Shown here piece by piece: positions 7,092 through 15,179 of a DNA stretch of 41,532 nt. The notes under the pieces are model-generated. The model saw nothing but the letters and a program-made list of their open reading frames with translations. It did no database searches and was not told the DNA's origin. The position numbers were made by a program, and so were the translations under genes. Position 1 is the first letter of the stretch; every line of letters begins with the position of its first letter. Source of the DNA: Clostridia bacterium (lineage in GTDB: Bacteria; Bacillota; Clostridia; Monoglobales; Monoglobaceae); the NCBI GenBank assembly GCA_045614085.1, contig JAZLCI010000083.1:1-41532 (forward strand), written 5' to 3'.

Positions 7092-7157
7092 GCGTTATGG
7101 GGGGCGTTGGGGTTCTCCCCAACTGTGTTTTGGATACTTTTGCACAAGCAAAAGTAT
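7092..7157 (-). repeat. two-hairpin module R (homologue of module L, opposite orientation)
   Basis: The minus strand reads ATACTTTTGCttgtGCAAAAGTAT ccaaaacaca GTTGGGGagaaCCCCAAC gccccccataacg. Confidence 0.7.
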
Positions 7158-7268
7158 TATAATCCATTAACGAGAAAGGGATTGAATTCAGATGTACAAT
7201 ATCCACCCGTAATACTTTTTGCCATATAATATTATTTGTTGTCAATCTATGTAACGAAGTGGAAGAAA

Positions 7269-7325
7269 ATGCAATAATTTGCATATGGAAATATTTTGCA
7301 ATTATACCATATATTGTGATACAAT
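7269..7325 (+). promoter_or_regulatory. putative noc promoter preceded by a 16-bp palindrome
   Basis: Palindrome ATGCAAtaatTTGCAT at 7269-7284. TTGCAA at 7296-7301, an 18-nt spacer ending in TGa, then TACAAT at 7320-7325. Confidence 0.4.
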
Positions 7326-7365
7326 AACAGTAAAAGATACAAAGTATTCCGAAAGGAGAAATAAT

Positions 7366-8250
7366 ATGTTATTGGATTACAAAAGAGAAAAAGAAGTACG
7401 TGAAATAGAAAGGCGCGGACCTGTTATAGATTCTGTCAACGAAAAGAGAAGCTTTACAAGACTTGGTGAGGTCAGGTCTATTCCTATAAAAAATATAGTT
7501 CCAAATCCAAATCAGCCAAGAAGAACCTTTGACAAGATTGCCCTTCAGGATTTGGCTATATCTATAATGGAATATGGCTTGATGCAACCTATAACCGTAA
7601 GACAGACAGGGCCATTTGACTATGAGCTAATCGCAGGGGAAAGGCGTCTTACTGCTTGCAAAAACCTTGGTATGACCTATATTCCATCTATAGTTATGAA
7701 AGCAAATGACACAGACAGTGCCATTCTTGCCCTTGTTGAAAATATTCAAAGAGAAAACTTAAATTATATTGAAGAGGCAGAGGCATACTGCACCTTGATA
7801 AATGAACATGGCTTAACCCAGGAACAGCTTGCGGACAAGCTTGGAAAAGGTCAGTCCACCATTGCAAATAAAATAAGAATTTTAAGGCTCTCCCCTGAAA
7901 TAAGAGAGATATTAACCGAAAATTCATTAACAGAAAGGCATGCAAGGGCACTGCTTCGATTGCCTGAAGAAAAGCAAAGGTTGAGGGTATTAAAAATCGT
8001 TGCAGACAGAGGACTTAATGTTTCAAAAACAGAGGAGCTTGTGGACAAGCTTTTAAGGGAGCCTGAAAGGTTATCTGTTGAGCCTAAAAATATGAGGGTT
8101 TTTAAAGACTTGAGGATCTTTACAAATACTATTAAGCAAGCAGTGGATATGATGAAAAGGTCAGGGATTTCAGCCAAGGCAAAAAAGTGTGAAAACGAGA
8201 GATATATTGAATATACAATTGTAATTCCTAAAAACGAGGAAGAGCTTTAA
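7366..8250 (+). CDS. noc: ParB-family nucleoid occlusion protein (Noc-like)
   Basis: PNPNQPRR, ELIAGERR, LGKGQSTIANKIRILRL, LTERHARALL and the tail YIEYTIVIPK match my recollection of B. subtilis Noc rather than Spo0J. SD AAAGGAG lies before ATG 7366. The ORF-track start at 7279 lacks an SD. Confidence 0.85.
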   Translation: MLLDYKREKEVREIERRGPVIDSVNEKRSFTRLGEVRSIPIKNIVPNPNQPRRTFDKIALQDLAISIMEYGLMQPITVRQTGPFDYELIAGERRLTACKNLGMTYIPSIVMKANDTDSAILALVENIQRENLNYIEEAEAYCTLINEHGLTQEQLADKLGKGQSTIANKIRILRLSPEIREILTENSLTERHARALLRLPEEKQRLRVLKIVADRGLNVSKTEELVDKLLREPERLSVEPKNMRVFKDLRIFTNTIKQAVDMMKRSGISAKAKKCENERYIEYTIVIPKNEEEL

Positions 8251-8297
8251 AGTTAACAGTTTGTTAACTTGACAAGGGATAAAAAGTAGCATATTAT
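8251..8297 (+). promoter_or_regulatory. consensus promoter (TTGACA-N17-TATTAT) overlapped by a perfect 8-bp inverted repeat
   Basis: AGTTAACAgttTGTTAACT at 8251-8269 abuts and overlaps TTGACA at 8269-8274. TATTAT is at 8292-8297. Confidence 0.55.
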
Positions 8298-8316
8298 TAT
8301 GGTAGGAGATGATAAT

Positions 8317-8661
8317 ATGGTACAGGTAGTTATAGTTTTACATAAAACAGAGTGCCTAGACGAAATACTTAAAAAGTTTGTAGAAAATGACATTCCCGGA
8401 GGAACAATTTTAGATGGACACGGGATGGCAAGAAGTATAAAAAAAGAGGAAGATAATCCTTTAGTTGCTATGCTTAAAGATGTTATTGACTTTGATGATG
8501 ACACAAGCAAGGTTATGTTTATGATAGCAGAGGAAGCGCAGATAAGGACAATATCCAAGATAGTAAATGATGCAACAGGCGGACTTCAAAATCCAAACAC
8601 AGGAATTATGTTCTGCACCCCTGTGGTATATATCGAAGGTTTAAGAAAAAATAAGAAATAA
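8317..8661 (+). CDS. small PII(GlnB)-fold-like protein of unknown function (114 aa)
   Basis: The N-terminus VQVVIVLHKTECLDEILKKFVENDIPGGTILDGHGMA has a beta-alpha-beta pattern like PII-family proteins. SD AGGAGA lies 8 nt before ATG 8317. Confidence 0.6.
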   Translation: MVQVVIVLHKTECLDEILKKFVENDIPGGTILDGHGMARSIKKEEDNPLVAMLKDVIDFDDDTSKVMFMIAEEAQIRTISKIVNDATGGLQNPNTGIMFCTPVVYIEGLRKNKK

Positions 8662-8690
8662 ACGGATGTGCATTGCACATCCGTTTGTTT
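8660..8690. terminator. bidirectional terminator shared by the PII-like ORF (+) and clpC (-)
   Basis: ACGGATGTGcattgCACATCCGT is flanked by A-rich sequence (5') and TTTGTTTTT (3'). Confidence 0.85.
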
Positions 8691-11132
8691 TTATATACTG
8701 AACTTTCCGTCAGTGACGTTAATTGTAATTGTGTCGCCTGAATTTATCTTTCCTTCAAGCATTTTTTCAGCAATCATATCTTCGATTTCTGACTGAATAA
8801 CACGTCTTATTGGTCTTGCGCCATATATTGGGTCAAAGCCCTCGGAAGCGATTTTTTGGATAGCCTCATCAGTAAACTCTGCAGTAATGTTATTGTCTTT
8901 AAGTCTTTTTATAAGCTGACCTAACATCTTAACCGAAATTTCCTTAATATCATCATTTGTAAGCTGGTGGAATACGATGATTTCGTCAATACGGTTTAAA
9001 AATTCAGGTCTGAAAGCTTCTTTAACCTCACCCATAACATCTGATTTAATCTGTTCGTAATCTCTTTCTGCACTATCAACCGAAGCAGAGAAGCCAAGGC
9101 TCTTTTTAACTTCAGTAATCTTTCTTGCGCCTAAATTTGAAGTCATAATAATAACTGTGTTTCTAAAGTCAACCCGTCTGCCCTGTGAATCTGTTAAAAT
9201 TCCGTCTTCAAGGATTTGAAGAAGAATATTAAATACATCAGGGTGAGCCTTTTCGATTTCATCAAAGAGAACAACAGAGTATGGCTTTCGTCTTACTTTT
9301 TCAGTAAGCTGACCACCCTCGTCATATCCTACATATCCAGGAGGTGAGCCTACAAGTCTTGATACTGTATGCTTTTCCATATACTCGGACATATCAATCC
9401 TTATCATTGCGTCCTCGTCACCGAACATTGCCTCTGCCAATGCCTTTGAAAGCTCTGTCTTACCAACACCGGTAGGGCCTAAGAAGATAAATGAACCGAT
9501 AGGTCTCTTCGGGTCTTTAAGACCAACTCTGCCTCGGCGGATAGCCTTTGAGATAGCAGTAACAGCCTCATCCTGACCTACAACTCTTTCGTGCAAAAGT
9601 TCTTCAAGCTTTAAAAGTCTTTCGCTTTCGGTTTCTTCAATAGACTTAACAGGGATTCCTGTCCACATAGCAATGATTTCTGCTATTTCACTTTCTGTAA
9701 CAACTGCTTCATTTGAAGTATTTGTCTTTTTCCAGTTTTCCTTTGTGGTATTAAGCTCTTCAGTAAGAGCCTTTTCCTCATCACGAAGGCTTGCTGCCTT
9801 TTCGTAATCCTGAATAGTTATTGCCGCTTCCTTTTCCTTTTTAACAGAGGCAATTTTATCTTCTAAATCCTTAACGTCAGGTGGAGCGGTCAAGGTCTTT
9901 ATACGGATGCGAGATGCGGCTTCGTCAATTAAGTCAATAGCCTTATCAGGTAAAAATCTGTCGGAAATATAACGTGATGAAAGCTTAACAGCAGATTCAA
10001 TTGCCTTATCGGTAATCTTTACTCTGTGGTGGGCTTCATACTTATCGCGAATACCGTGAAGAATCTGAATGCTTTCTTCTTCGGTAGGTTCATCTAAAGT
10101 GATAGGCTGAAATCTTCTCTCGAGGGCAGCATCCTTTTCAATATACTTTCTGTATTCTTCCAAAGTGGTTGCGCCTATAACCTGAAGCTCGCCTCTGGCA
10201 AGGGCAGGCTTTAAAATATTTGCCGCATCTATTGCACCCTCTGCGGCTCCTGCACCGATGATTGTATGAAGTTCGTCAATAAAGAGGATAATGTTCCCTG
10301 CCTTATGGATTTCTTCCATGGCTTTTTTAAGTCTTTCTTCAAATTCACCACGATACTTTGCACCTGCAATCATAGATGACATATCAAGGGTGATAACCTT
10401 TTTGTTCTTTAAGATTTCAGGAACGTCACCTGATGCGATTTTCTGCGCAAGGCCCTCTGCAACAGCAGTTTTACCAACACCCGGTTCACCGATTAAGCAT
10501 GGGTTGTTCTTTGTGCGTCTGCTTAAGATCTGCACAACTCTTTCAATCTCGGTATCTCTGCCGATAACAGGGTCAAGCTTTTCTTCGTTTGCCATTTTTG
10601 TAAGGTCACGGCCAAACTTCATCAATGTAGGAACGTTTGACTTTCCACCTGTTGTTGGTTCTTCATGACGCTCTTCAATATTACCGTCTGCAAGAGTATC
10701 GTTAAGCAGGTCTAAAATCTCATTATATAGCTTTTGAGGAGAAACAGAAAGTTCAACCAAAATCTTTACAGCAATACTTTCTGCCTCGCGCAAGATTGCA
10801 ATGAGCAAATGCTCTGTTCCAACATAATTGTGACCGAGTCTTCTTGCCTCAACATAGCTGTTCTGCATTACTCTTTTTGTTCTTGGGGTTACTTCAGGGG
10901 TAATATTGTTAAGAGGTTCCCCTGTGCCGATAAGGGCATCTATCTTTTCTATTATCTGTTCGTCGCTTAAATTATTTGCTTCAAGAATTTTACCTGCAAC
11001 ACCTTCTGTTTCGCGGACAAGGCCTACGAGAAGATGCTCTGTGCCAACGTAAGTATGGCCTAATTCAAGGGCGGCTTCGGCCGCATTGTTAAGGGCGATT
11101 TTCGCCTTTTCAGTAAGTCTGTCTTCAAACAT
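8691..11132 (-). CDS. clpC: ATP-dependent Clp protease ATP-binding subunit ClpC
   Basis: Two Clp_N repeats (GHTYVGTEHLL, GHNYVGTEHLL) and two AAA+ modules (GEPGVGKTA, GPTGVGKTE). It lies in the operon context ctsR-mcsA-mcsB-clpC. Confidence 0.97.
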   Translation of the reverse strand: MFEDRLTEKAKIALNNAAEAALELGHTYVGTEHLLVGLVRETEGVAGKILEANNLSDEQIIEKIDALIGTGEPLNNITPEVTPRTKRVMQNSYVEARRLGHNYVGTEHLLIAILREAESIAVKILVELSVSPQKLYNEILDLLNDTLADGNIEERHEEPTTGGKSNVPTLMKFGRDLTKMANEEKLDPVIGRDTEIERVVQILSRRTKNNPCLIGEPGVGKTAVAEGLAQKIASGDVPEILKNKKVITLDMSSMIAGAKYRGEFEERLKKAMEEIHKAGNIILFIDELHTIIGAGAAEGAIDAANILKPALARGELQVIGATTLEEYRKYIEKDAALERRFQPITLDEPTEEESIQILHGIRDKYEAHHRVKITDKAIESAVKLSSRYISDRFLPDKAIDLIDEAASRIRIKTLTAPPDVKDLEDKIASVKKEKEAAITIQDYEKAASLRDEEKALTEELNTTKENWKKTNTSNEAVVTESEIAEIIAMWTGIPVKSIEETESERLLKLEELLHERVVGQDEAVTAISKAIRRGRVGLKDPKRPIGSFIFLGPTGVGKTELSKALAEAMFGDEDAMIRIDMSEYMEKHTVSRLVGSPPGYVGYDEGGQLTEKVRRKPYSVVLFDEIEKAHPDVFNILLQILEDGILTDSQGRRVDFRNTVIIMTSNLGARKITEVKKSLGFSASVDSAERDYEQIKSDVMGEVKEAFRPEFLNRIDEIIVFHQLTNDDIKEISVKMLGQLIKRLKDNNITAEFTDEAIQKIASEGFDPIYGARPIRRVIQSEIEDMIAEKMLEGKINSGDTITINVTDGKFSI

Positions 11133-11153
11133 ATATATTCATCCTTTCTTATA

Positions 11154-12152
11154 TTAAAGAAGTAATTCCTTTATAAGTTCCGCTCTCTTTAAATCCCTGT
11201 CTGCTGCATCTAAAATGTTATAATTCTTTATAATGTTTGCAGGCAGAATGGAGTAGGTAGCGGTATTAAGCTTTTTGTAATCAATATTTTCAATTATACC
11301 AAGTTCAACTGCAAAACGTACGTCTGAAAGTCTTGTCATTGCTTCGTTTGATGTAAGTATTACTGCGTTTGTAAGAACACCAAAAGAACGCATGAGCTTA
11401 TCCTGAAGTCTGAACTTATCTTTTTCGAAGATATGCTTTCTCACTTCGCGCTCCTTTTCGATAACCTCGGTTATAATCTGTTCAAATCTTTCGATTATGG
11501 TTTCCTCTGCTTCGCCTAATGTTTCCTGATTTGAAATCTGATAAAGGTTTCCTGATGCTTTTGAGCCCTCACCAAAAATTCCGCGAACAGTCATACCAAG
11601 CTGACTTAATGAGTCGATAATGCTGTTGATGTTTCCGCTCATAGTAAGGGCAGGGAGATGTACCATAACAGATGCCCTCATACCTGTTCCTAAATTTGTG
11701 GGGCAACAGGTAAGATAACCAAACTGACTGTCAAAGGCATAGTCAGATGTTTCTTCAATTGCGTCGTCAACCTTGTTTGCGGCATCAAAGCACTTTCTTA
11801 TATCAAAGCCTGCTTCCATACACTGAATACGTAGGTGGTCTTCTTCGTTTACAAGAACGCAAACAGAGTTGTCATCACTTAAAAGCAGACCTCTTTTAAT
11901 ACTGTTGTCCATCATCTGCGGACTTATAAGATGACATTCAGCAAGAGCCTGTTTTTCATAATCTTTCATAGAGTTAAGGTCTAAAAACTTAAGGTCTGTA
12001 TTATCGGCAGCTTTCTTACTGATTTCTATAACCTGTGTCTGTTGCTCTGAAGTTTCCTTTGACGGAAAGGGAATGCCCTTTAAGTTTCTTGCAAGTCTTA
12101 TTCTGCTTGAAAGAACAACGTCGCTGTTATTTCCACTTTCTGTGTACCACAT
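11154..12152 (-). CDS. mcsB: protein arginine kinase McsB
   Basis: Guanido phosphotransferase signature CPTNLGTGMRASVMVHLPAL. SD GGAGG lies inside the mcsA 3' end. Confidence 0.93.
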   Translation of the reverse strand: MWYTESGNNSDVVLSSRIRLARNLKGIPFPSKETSEQQTQVIEISKKAADNTDLKFLDLNSMKDYEKQALAECHLISPQMMDNSIKRGLLLSDDNSVCVLVNEEDHLRIQCMEAGFDIRKCFDAANKVDDAIEETSDYAFDSQFGYLTCCPTNLGTGMRASVMVHLPALTMSGNINSIIDSLSQLGMTVRGIFGEGSKASGNLYQISNQETLGEAEETIIERFEQIITEVIEKEREVRKHIFEKDKFRLQDKLMRSFGVLTNAVILTSNEAMTRLSDVRFAVELGIIENIDYKKLNTATYSILPANIIKNYNILDAADRDLKRAELIKELLL

Positions 12153-12156
12153 CCCT

Positions 12157-12669
12157 TTACGCCTCCTTTTCTGTGCTTGCTTTCAGTGAATTGATTTCAT
12201 CGCGGAGCTTTGCTGCTGTTTCGAAATCCTGCTTCTGTACAGCAGTGTACATTTCTGCTTCTAGCTTTGAAATCTTTTTGTCAAGCATTATAGCATCACC
12301 ACATCGTTTAGGAGCCTTGCCTGTATGCTCAAAGGTGCCGTGAATCTGCTTAAGGGGTTTTTTGATTCTGTTTTTAAAGGTTAAGTAACAATCACCGCAA
12401 CCCAGCTTTCCCTTTTGAAGAAATTCAGAGTATGGCATATTACAGGTAGGGCAAATATCTGTATCTCCCTCAAGGCTTCCCTGATGTTTGTTTGAAAACA
12501 TTCCTGAAAGAAAGCCGCCCAAGCCTAAGTTAATTCCGTTTTTAATATCATTGTATTCGTGAGACCCTTTTGCACATTCAGGGCATAAGTGATATTCTTC
12601 TTTATATCCGTTTACAATTCTTGTTAAATGTGTGGTTGCTTCTCTCTTTTTGCATCTGTCACACTTCAT
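12157..12669 (-). CDS. mcsA: McsA (UvrB/UvrC-motif, zinc-finger activator of McsB)
   Basis: CDRC..CPEC and CPTC..CGDC Cys pairs, plus the C-terminal UVR motif FETAAKLRDEINSLK. Start taken at MKCDRC (SD AAGGA, 8-nt spacing). Confidence 0.9.
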   Translation of the reverse strand: MKCDRCKKREATTHLTRIVNGYKEEYHLCPECAKGSHEYNDIKNGINLGLGGFLSGMFSNKHQGSLEGDTDICPTCNMPYSEFLQKGKLGCGDCYLTFKNRIKKPLKQIHGTFEHTGKAPKRCGDAIMLDKKISKLEAEMYTAVQKQDFETAAKLRDEINSLKASTEKEA

Positions 12670-12683
12670 ATATATCATCCTTT

Positions 12684-13130
12684 CTATACAAGAGTAATAA
12701 GCATATTCTTTAAAAGTCCTGCCCTTAACATATCCTGGTCAGGCTGAATAAGAGGAAGAGACTTTTCTGACATGGCAGCCATTATAAGCTTTGCCTCTTT
12801 TTCGGAAATTAAATCATAGTCAACACAATTTCTTATAATCGCAACAGAGTCGCCAAAGGATAAATACTTTCCTATCATATTCACAACGTGCATAAGATGG
12901 TTTCCTTGCTTTGGAGTAACACGTGTAATCTTGATATATCCACCACCGCCGCGTCTGCTTTCGACTATATATCCTCGTTCAGGAGAAAATCTTGTTGATA
13001 TAACATAATTTATCTGTGACGGAACACAACCGAAATGGCTGGCAAGCTCATTTCGTTTAAGCTCTATTGCACCGTCTTCTTCGGACATCAGCTCCTTTAT
13101 AAATTCTTCGATTAAATTACTGAGCCTCAT
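12684..13130 (-). CDS. ctsR: class III stress-gene repressor CtsR
   Basis: MRLSNLIEEFIKELM...ASHFGCVPSQINYVISTRF...ESRRGGGGYIKI. Confidence 0.95.
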   Translation of the reverse strand: MRLSNLIEEFIKELMSEEDGAIELKRNELASHFGCVPSQINYVISTRFSPERGYIVESRRGGGGYIKITRVTPKQGNHLMHVVNMIGKYLSFGDSVAIIRNCVDYDLISEKEAKLIMAAMSEKSLPLIQPDQDMLRAGLLKNMLITLV

Positions 13131-13154
13131 TTTCCATTCACCTTCTTATCTAAT

Positions 13155-13192
13155 GGTCAAGAAATCAAATTTGACTTTGACTTTCTTTGACC
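13155..13192 (-). promoter_or_regulatory. CtsR operator
   Basis: The minus strand reads GGTCAAAgaaAGTCAAAGTCAAA at 13192-13170, matching (A/G)GTCAAANAN(A/G)GTCAAA plus a third heptad. An inverted partial copy GGTCAAGAAATCAAA lies on the plus strand at 13155-13169. It sits between the -10 and the ctsR SD. Confidence 0.85.
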
Positions 13193-13201
13193 TTTAAGTT
13201 T

Positions 13202-13229
13202 ATTATATCAGGTTTTTAGATTTTGTCAA
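13202..13229 (-). promoter_or_regulatory. ctsR operon promoter (TTGACA-N16-TATAAT)
   Basis: On the minus strand, TTGACA is at 13229-13224 and TATAAT at 13207-13202. An A/T-tract block lies upstream (13235-13260). Confidence 0.65.
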
Positions 13230-13270
13230 TAGTTTTTTAAAAATAAATTTTTTTAAATAAAGAGGAATAA

Positions 13271-13323
13271 GTAGGGATGCACCTGTGTGTGTAACTGAGG
13301 AACGACACATAGAGGTTGCACCA
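13271..13323 (+). repeat. degenerate GTAGGG + imperfect hairpin (same flavour as 6555-6670)
   Basis: GTAGGGATGCACCTGTGTGTG...CACATAGAGGTTGCACCAT. The arms are imperfectly complementary. Confidence 0.35.
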
Positions 13324-13330
13324 TATAAAT

Positions 13331-13380
13331 ATAAAAACTGTGCCCTTATAGTGAAGTAGTCAATACTTTGCGGACACAGT
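13331..13380 (-). terminator. terminator after the radical-SAM gene
   Basis: The minus strand reads CTGTGTCC..(AAGTAttgacTACTT)..GGGCACAG followed by TTTTT. Confidence 0.55.
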
Positions 13381-13382
13381 TT

Positions 13383-14273
13383 TTATATTCCCGTTAAATC
13401 AAATGGTGGAGTGTATTCTTCCCTTGCGCTTGTCCTCTCCTGAATATATGCATTTGTAAAGCCTGAAGAATATGCTTCATCAACTACTGAATTATATTCA
13501 AAGGTAGTTATCTTTCGGCTAAGTTCAGGAAAATCTTCATATTTTCTGTATGGGGTGTACTGGCTCATAAGGCTTAAAATAAATTTGTCTGTCCCGTATT
13601 CTTCTTTTAAAAACTTAATAAGATTTATAGAGTCCTTTCTGTGTGACGGCAGAACAAGATGCCTTACTATAACGCCCTTTTTCATTATTCCTTTTTCATC
13701 AAACTTTGGCATACCGACAGAAGATATCATATAGCCAAGTGCTTTTTTTGATACCTCAAAATAATCTGAAGCTTTGCTGTATGACGTACTGAGTGAATTA
13801 TCCATATACTTCATATCGGTTAAGTATATATCCACGAGCCCCTCAAGAAGAGCAAGGCAGTCAGGTAACTCATAACCACCACAGTTATATACAACAGGGA
13901 TTAAAAGCCTATCCCTTACAGATAAAAGGGCTTCCCATATTTTATCTATATAATGGGTTGGTGTGACAAGGTTTATGTTATGGGCACCCTCTTCCTGAAG
14001 CTCTAAAAAGATTTCCCCAAGTCTTTTGGTTGTGATTTCTGCACCGCTTAAAGGGTTCTGACTTATTTCCGCATTCTGACAAAAGACACACTTTAAGTTA
14101 CAGCCACAGAAGAAGACGGTGCCGCTTCCGTTGCTTCCGCTGATGCAGGGTTCTTCCCAAAAATGAAGAGCGGCACGGGAGATGCGCACTGCATCACCCA
14201 TACCGCAAAAGCCTCTGTTTGTAAAGCGGTCAATATTACATTTTCTCGGACAGAGATTACATAAATTCTTCAT
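13383..14273 (-). CDS. radical SAM protein (PflX / PFL-activase-like family)
   Basis: CGCNLKCVFCQN carries the CxxxCxxC motif, with an N-terminal Cys-rich segment CNLCPRKCNIDR. It starts 2 nt after the argB stop. Confidence 0.8.
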   Translation of the reverse strand: MKNLCNLCPRKCNIDRFTNRGFCGMGDAVRISRAALHFWEEPCISGSNGSGTVFFCGCNLKCVFCQNAEISQNPLSGAEITTKRLGEIFLELQEEGAHNINLVTPTHYIDKIWEALLSVRDRLLIPVVYNCGGYELPDCLALLEGLVDIYLTDMKYMDNSLSTSYSKASDYFEVSKKALGYMISSVGMPKFDEKGIMKKGVIVRHLVLPSHRKDSINLIKFLKEEYGTDKFILSLMSQYTPYRKYEDFPELSRKITTFEYNSVVDEAYSSGFTNAYIQERTSAREEYTPPFDLTGI

Positions 14274-14275
14274 AA

Positions 14276-15160
14276 TTATTTAGTAATCATTGTACCGATA
14301 CCGCTATCGGTGAATATTTCCAAAAGGAGACAGTGTGGAATTCTTCCGTCAATAATATGAACGTTCTGTACACCTGCATCGATTGCTTCGATACAGCCCT
14401 GAACTTTAGGAATCATACCACCAACAATCTTTTCGTCCTTAATCATCTGATTAATTTCCTGCTTGCTGATGTGGTAGATAATTTCAGGACTGTCAGCAGA
14501 TTCTTTTACGCCCTCAATATCTGTCAGAAGAATAAGCTTTTCTGCTTCAAGGGCAGCGGCAACTGCACCTGCGACTGTGTCAGCATTGATATTATAACTG
14601 TTACCCTCATCGTCTACACCGATAGGTGCGATAACGGGGATATAGTCTTCCTTAGTAAGGTCTTCAAGCATCTTTGTGTTTACACTTACAATATCTCCAA
14701 CAAAGCCAATATCGGTCTTTTTGCCGTCAACTTCAGTGTAAAGCTTCTGACACTTTAAAAGACCGCCGTCAATACCGGAAATACCAACACCCTTACCACC
14801 CTTTGTGCCAAGAAGTGAAACAATTTCCTTATTTGTTTTACCTACAAGAACCATTCTTGCAATATCAATAGTGTCCTTATCAGTTACACGAAGACCGTTT
14901 ATAAACTGACTTTCAATATTAAAGGTCTTAAGGGCTGATGAAATATCAGGACCACCGCCGTGAACCAGAATAGGGTTAATACCTATGTACTTAAGAAGAG
15001 TGATATCTTCCATAACCTTATTTTTTAGCTCTTCGTTTATCATAGCGTTTCCGCCATATTTAACAACAACGGTCTTGCCGTAAAAACGCTGAATATATGG
15101 AAGCGCCTCTATAAGTATTTTCGCCTTATCAATAAAAGGCTTCATTTCAGGTTGGTTCAT
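14276..15160 (-). CDS. argB: acetylglutamate kinase
   Basis: [32 protein letters not shown] and the length of 294 aa. Confidence 0.93.
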   Translation of the reverse strand: MNQPEMKPFIDKAKILIEALPYIQRFYGKTVVVKYGGNAMINEELKNKVMEDITLLKYIGINPILVHGGGPDISSALKTFNIESQFINGLRVTDKDTIDIARMVLVGKTNKEIVSLLGTKGGKGVGISGIDGGLLKCQKLYTEVDGKKTDIGFVGDIVSVNTKMLEDLTKEDYIPVIAPIGVDDEGNSYNINADTVAGAVAAALEAEKLILLTDIEGVKESADSPEIIYHISKQEINQMIKDEKIVGGMIPKVQGCIEAIDAGVQNVHIIDGRIPHCLLLEIFTDSGIGTMITK

Positions 15161-15179
15161 AATCTATCTGCCTTTCTTT

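Noticed and set aside
6884-7157. Whether the about 275-nt minus-strand unit ending at the orphan terminator is SRP (scRNA), 6S or RNase P RNA
   Set aside because: It has no GGUCCGGAAGGAAGCAGC-type SRP domain IV motif and no GAGGAAAGUCC RNase P core. Its ends do not pair into the long 6S-like rod.
6825-7284. Four overlapping ORFs of 61-104 aa on both strands in the ORF track (6825..7022-, 6829..7065+, 6962..7147-, 6970..7284-)
   Set aside because: They lie across the hairpin and repeat island and overlap each other. None has an SD, and I recognise no protein motif. The translated runs are explained by G/C palindromes.
6490-7365. Alternative oriC in the 876-bp ORF-free island next to noc
   Set aside because: Only boxes with two mismatches are present (for example GGTGGATAG, TCCGGATAA, ATATCCACC), about what chance would give, and there is no clear DUE. 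This remains unresolved without GC-skew data.
10291-10668. 125-aa plus-strand ORF inside clpC, and similar antisense ORFs inside argB, mnmE, argS, rpsC and others
   Set aside because: All are antisense to strongly supported genes. They lack SDs and have skewed Ser/Phe/Ile-rich composition.
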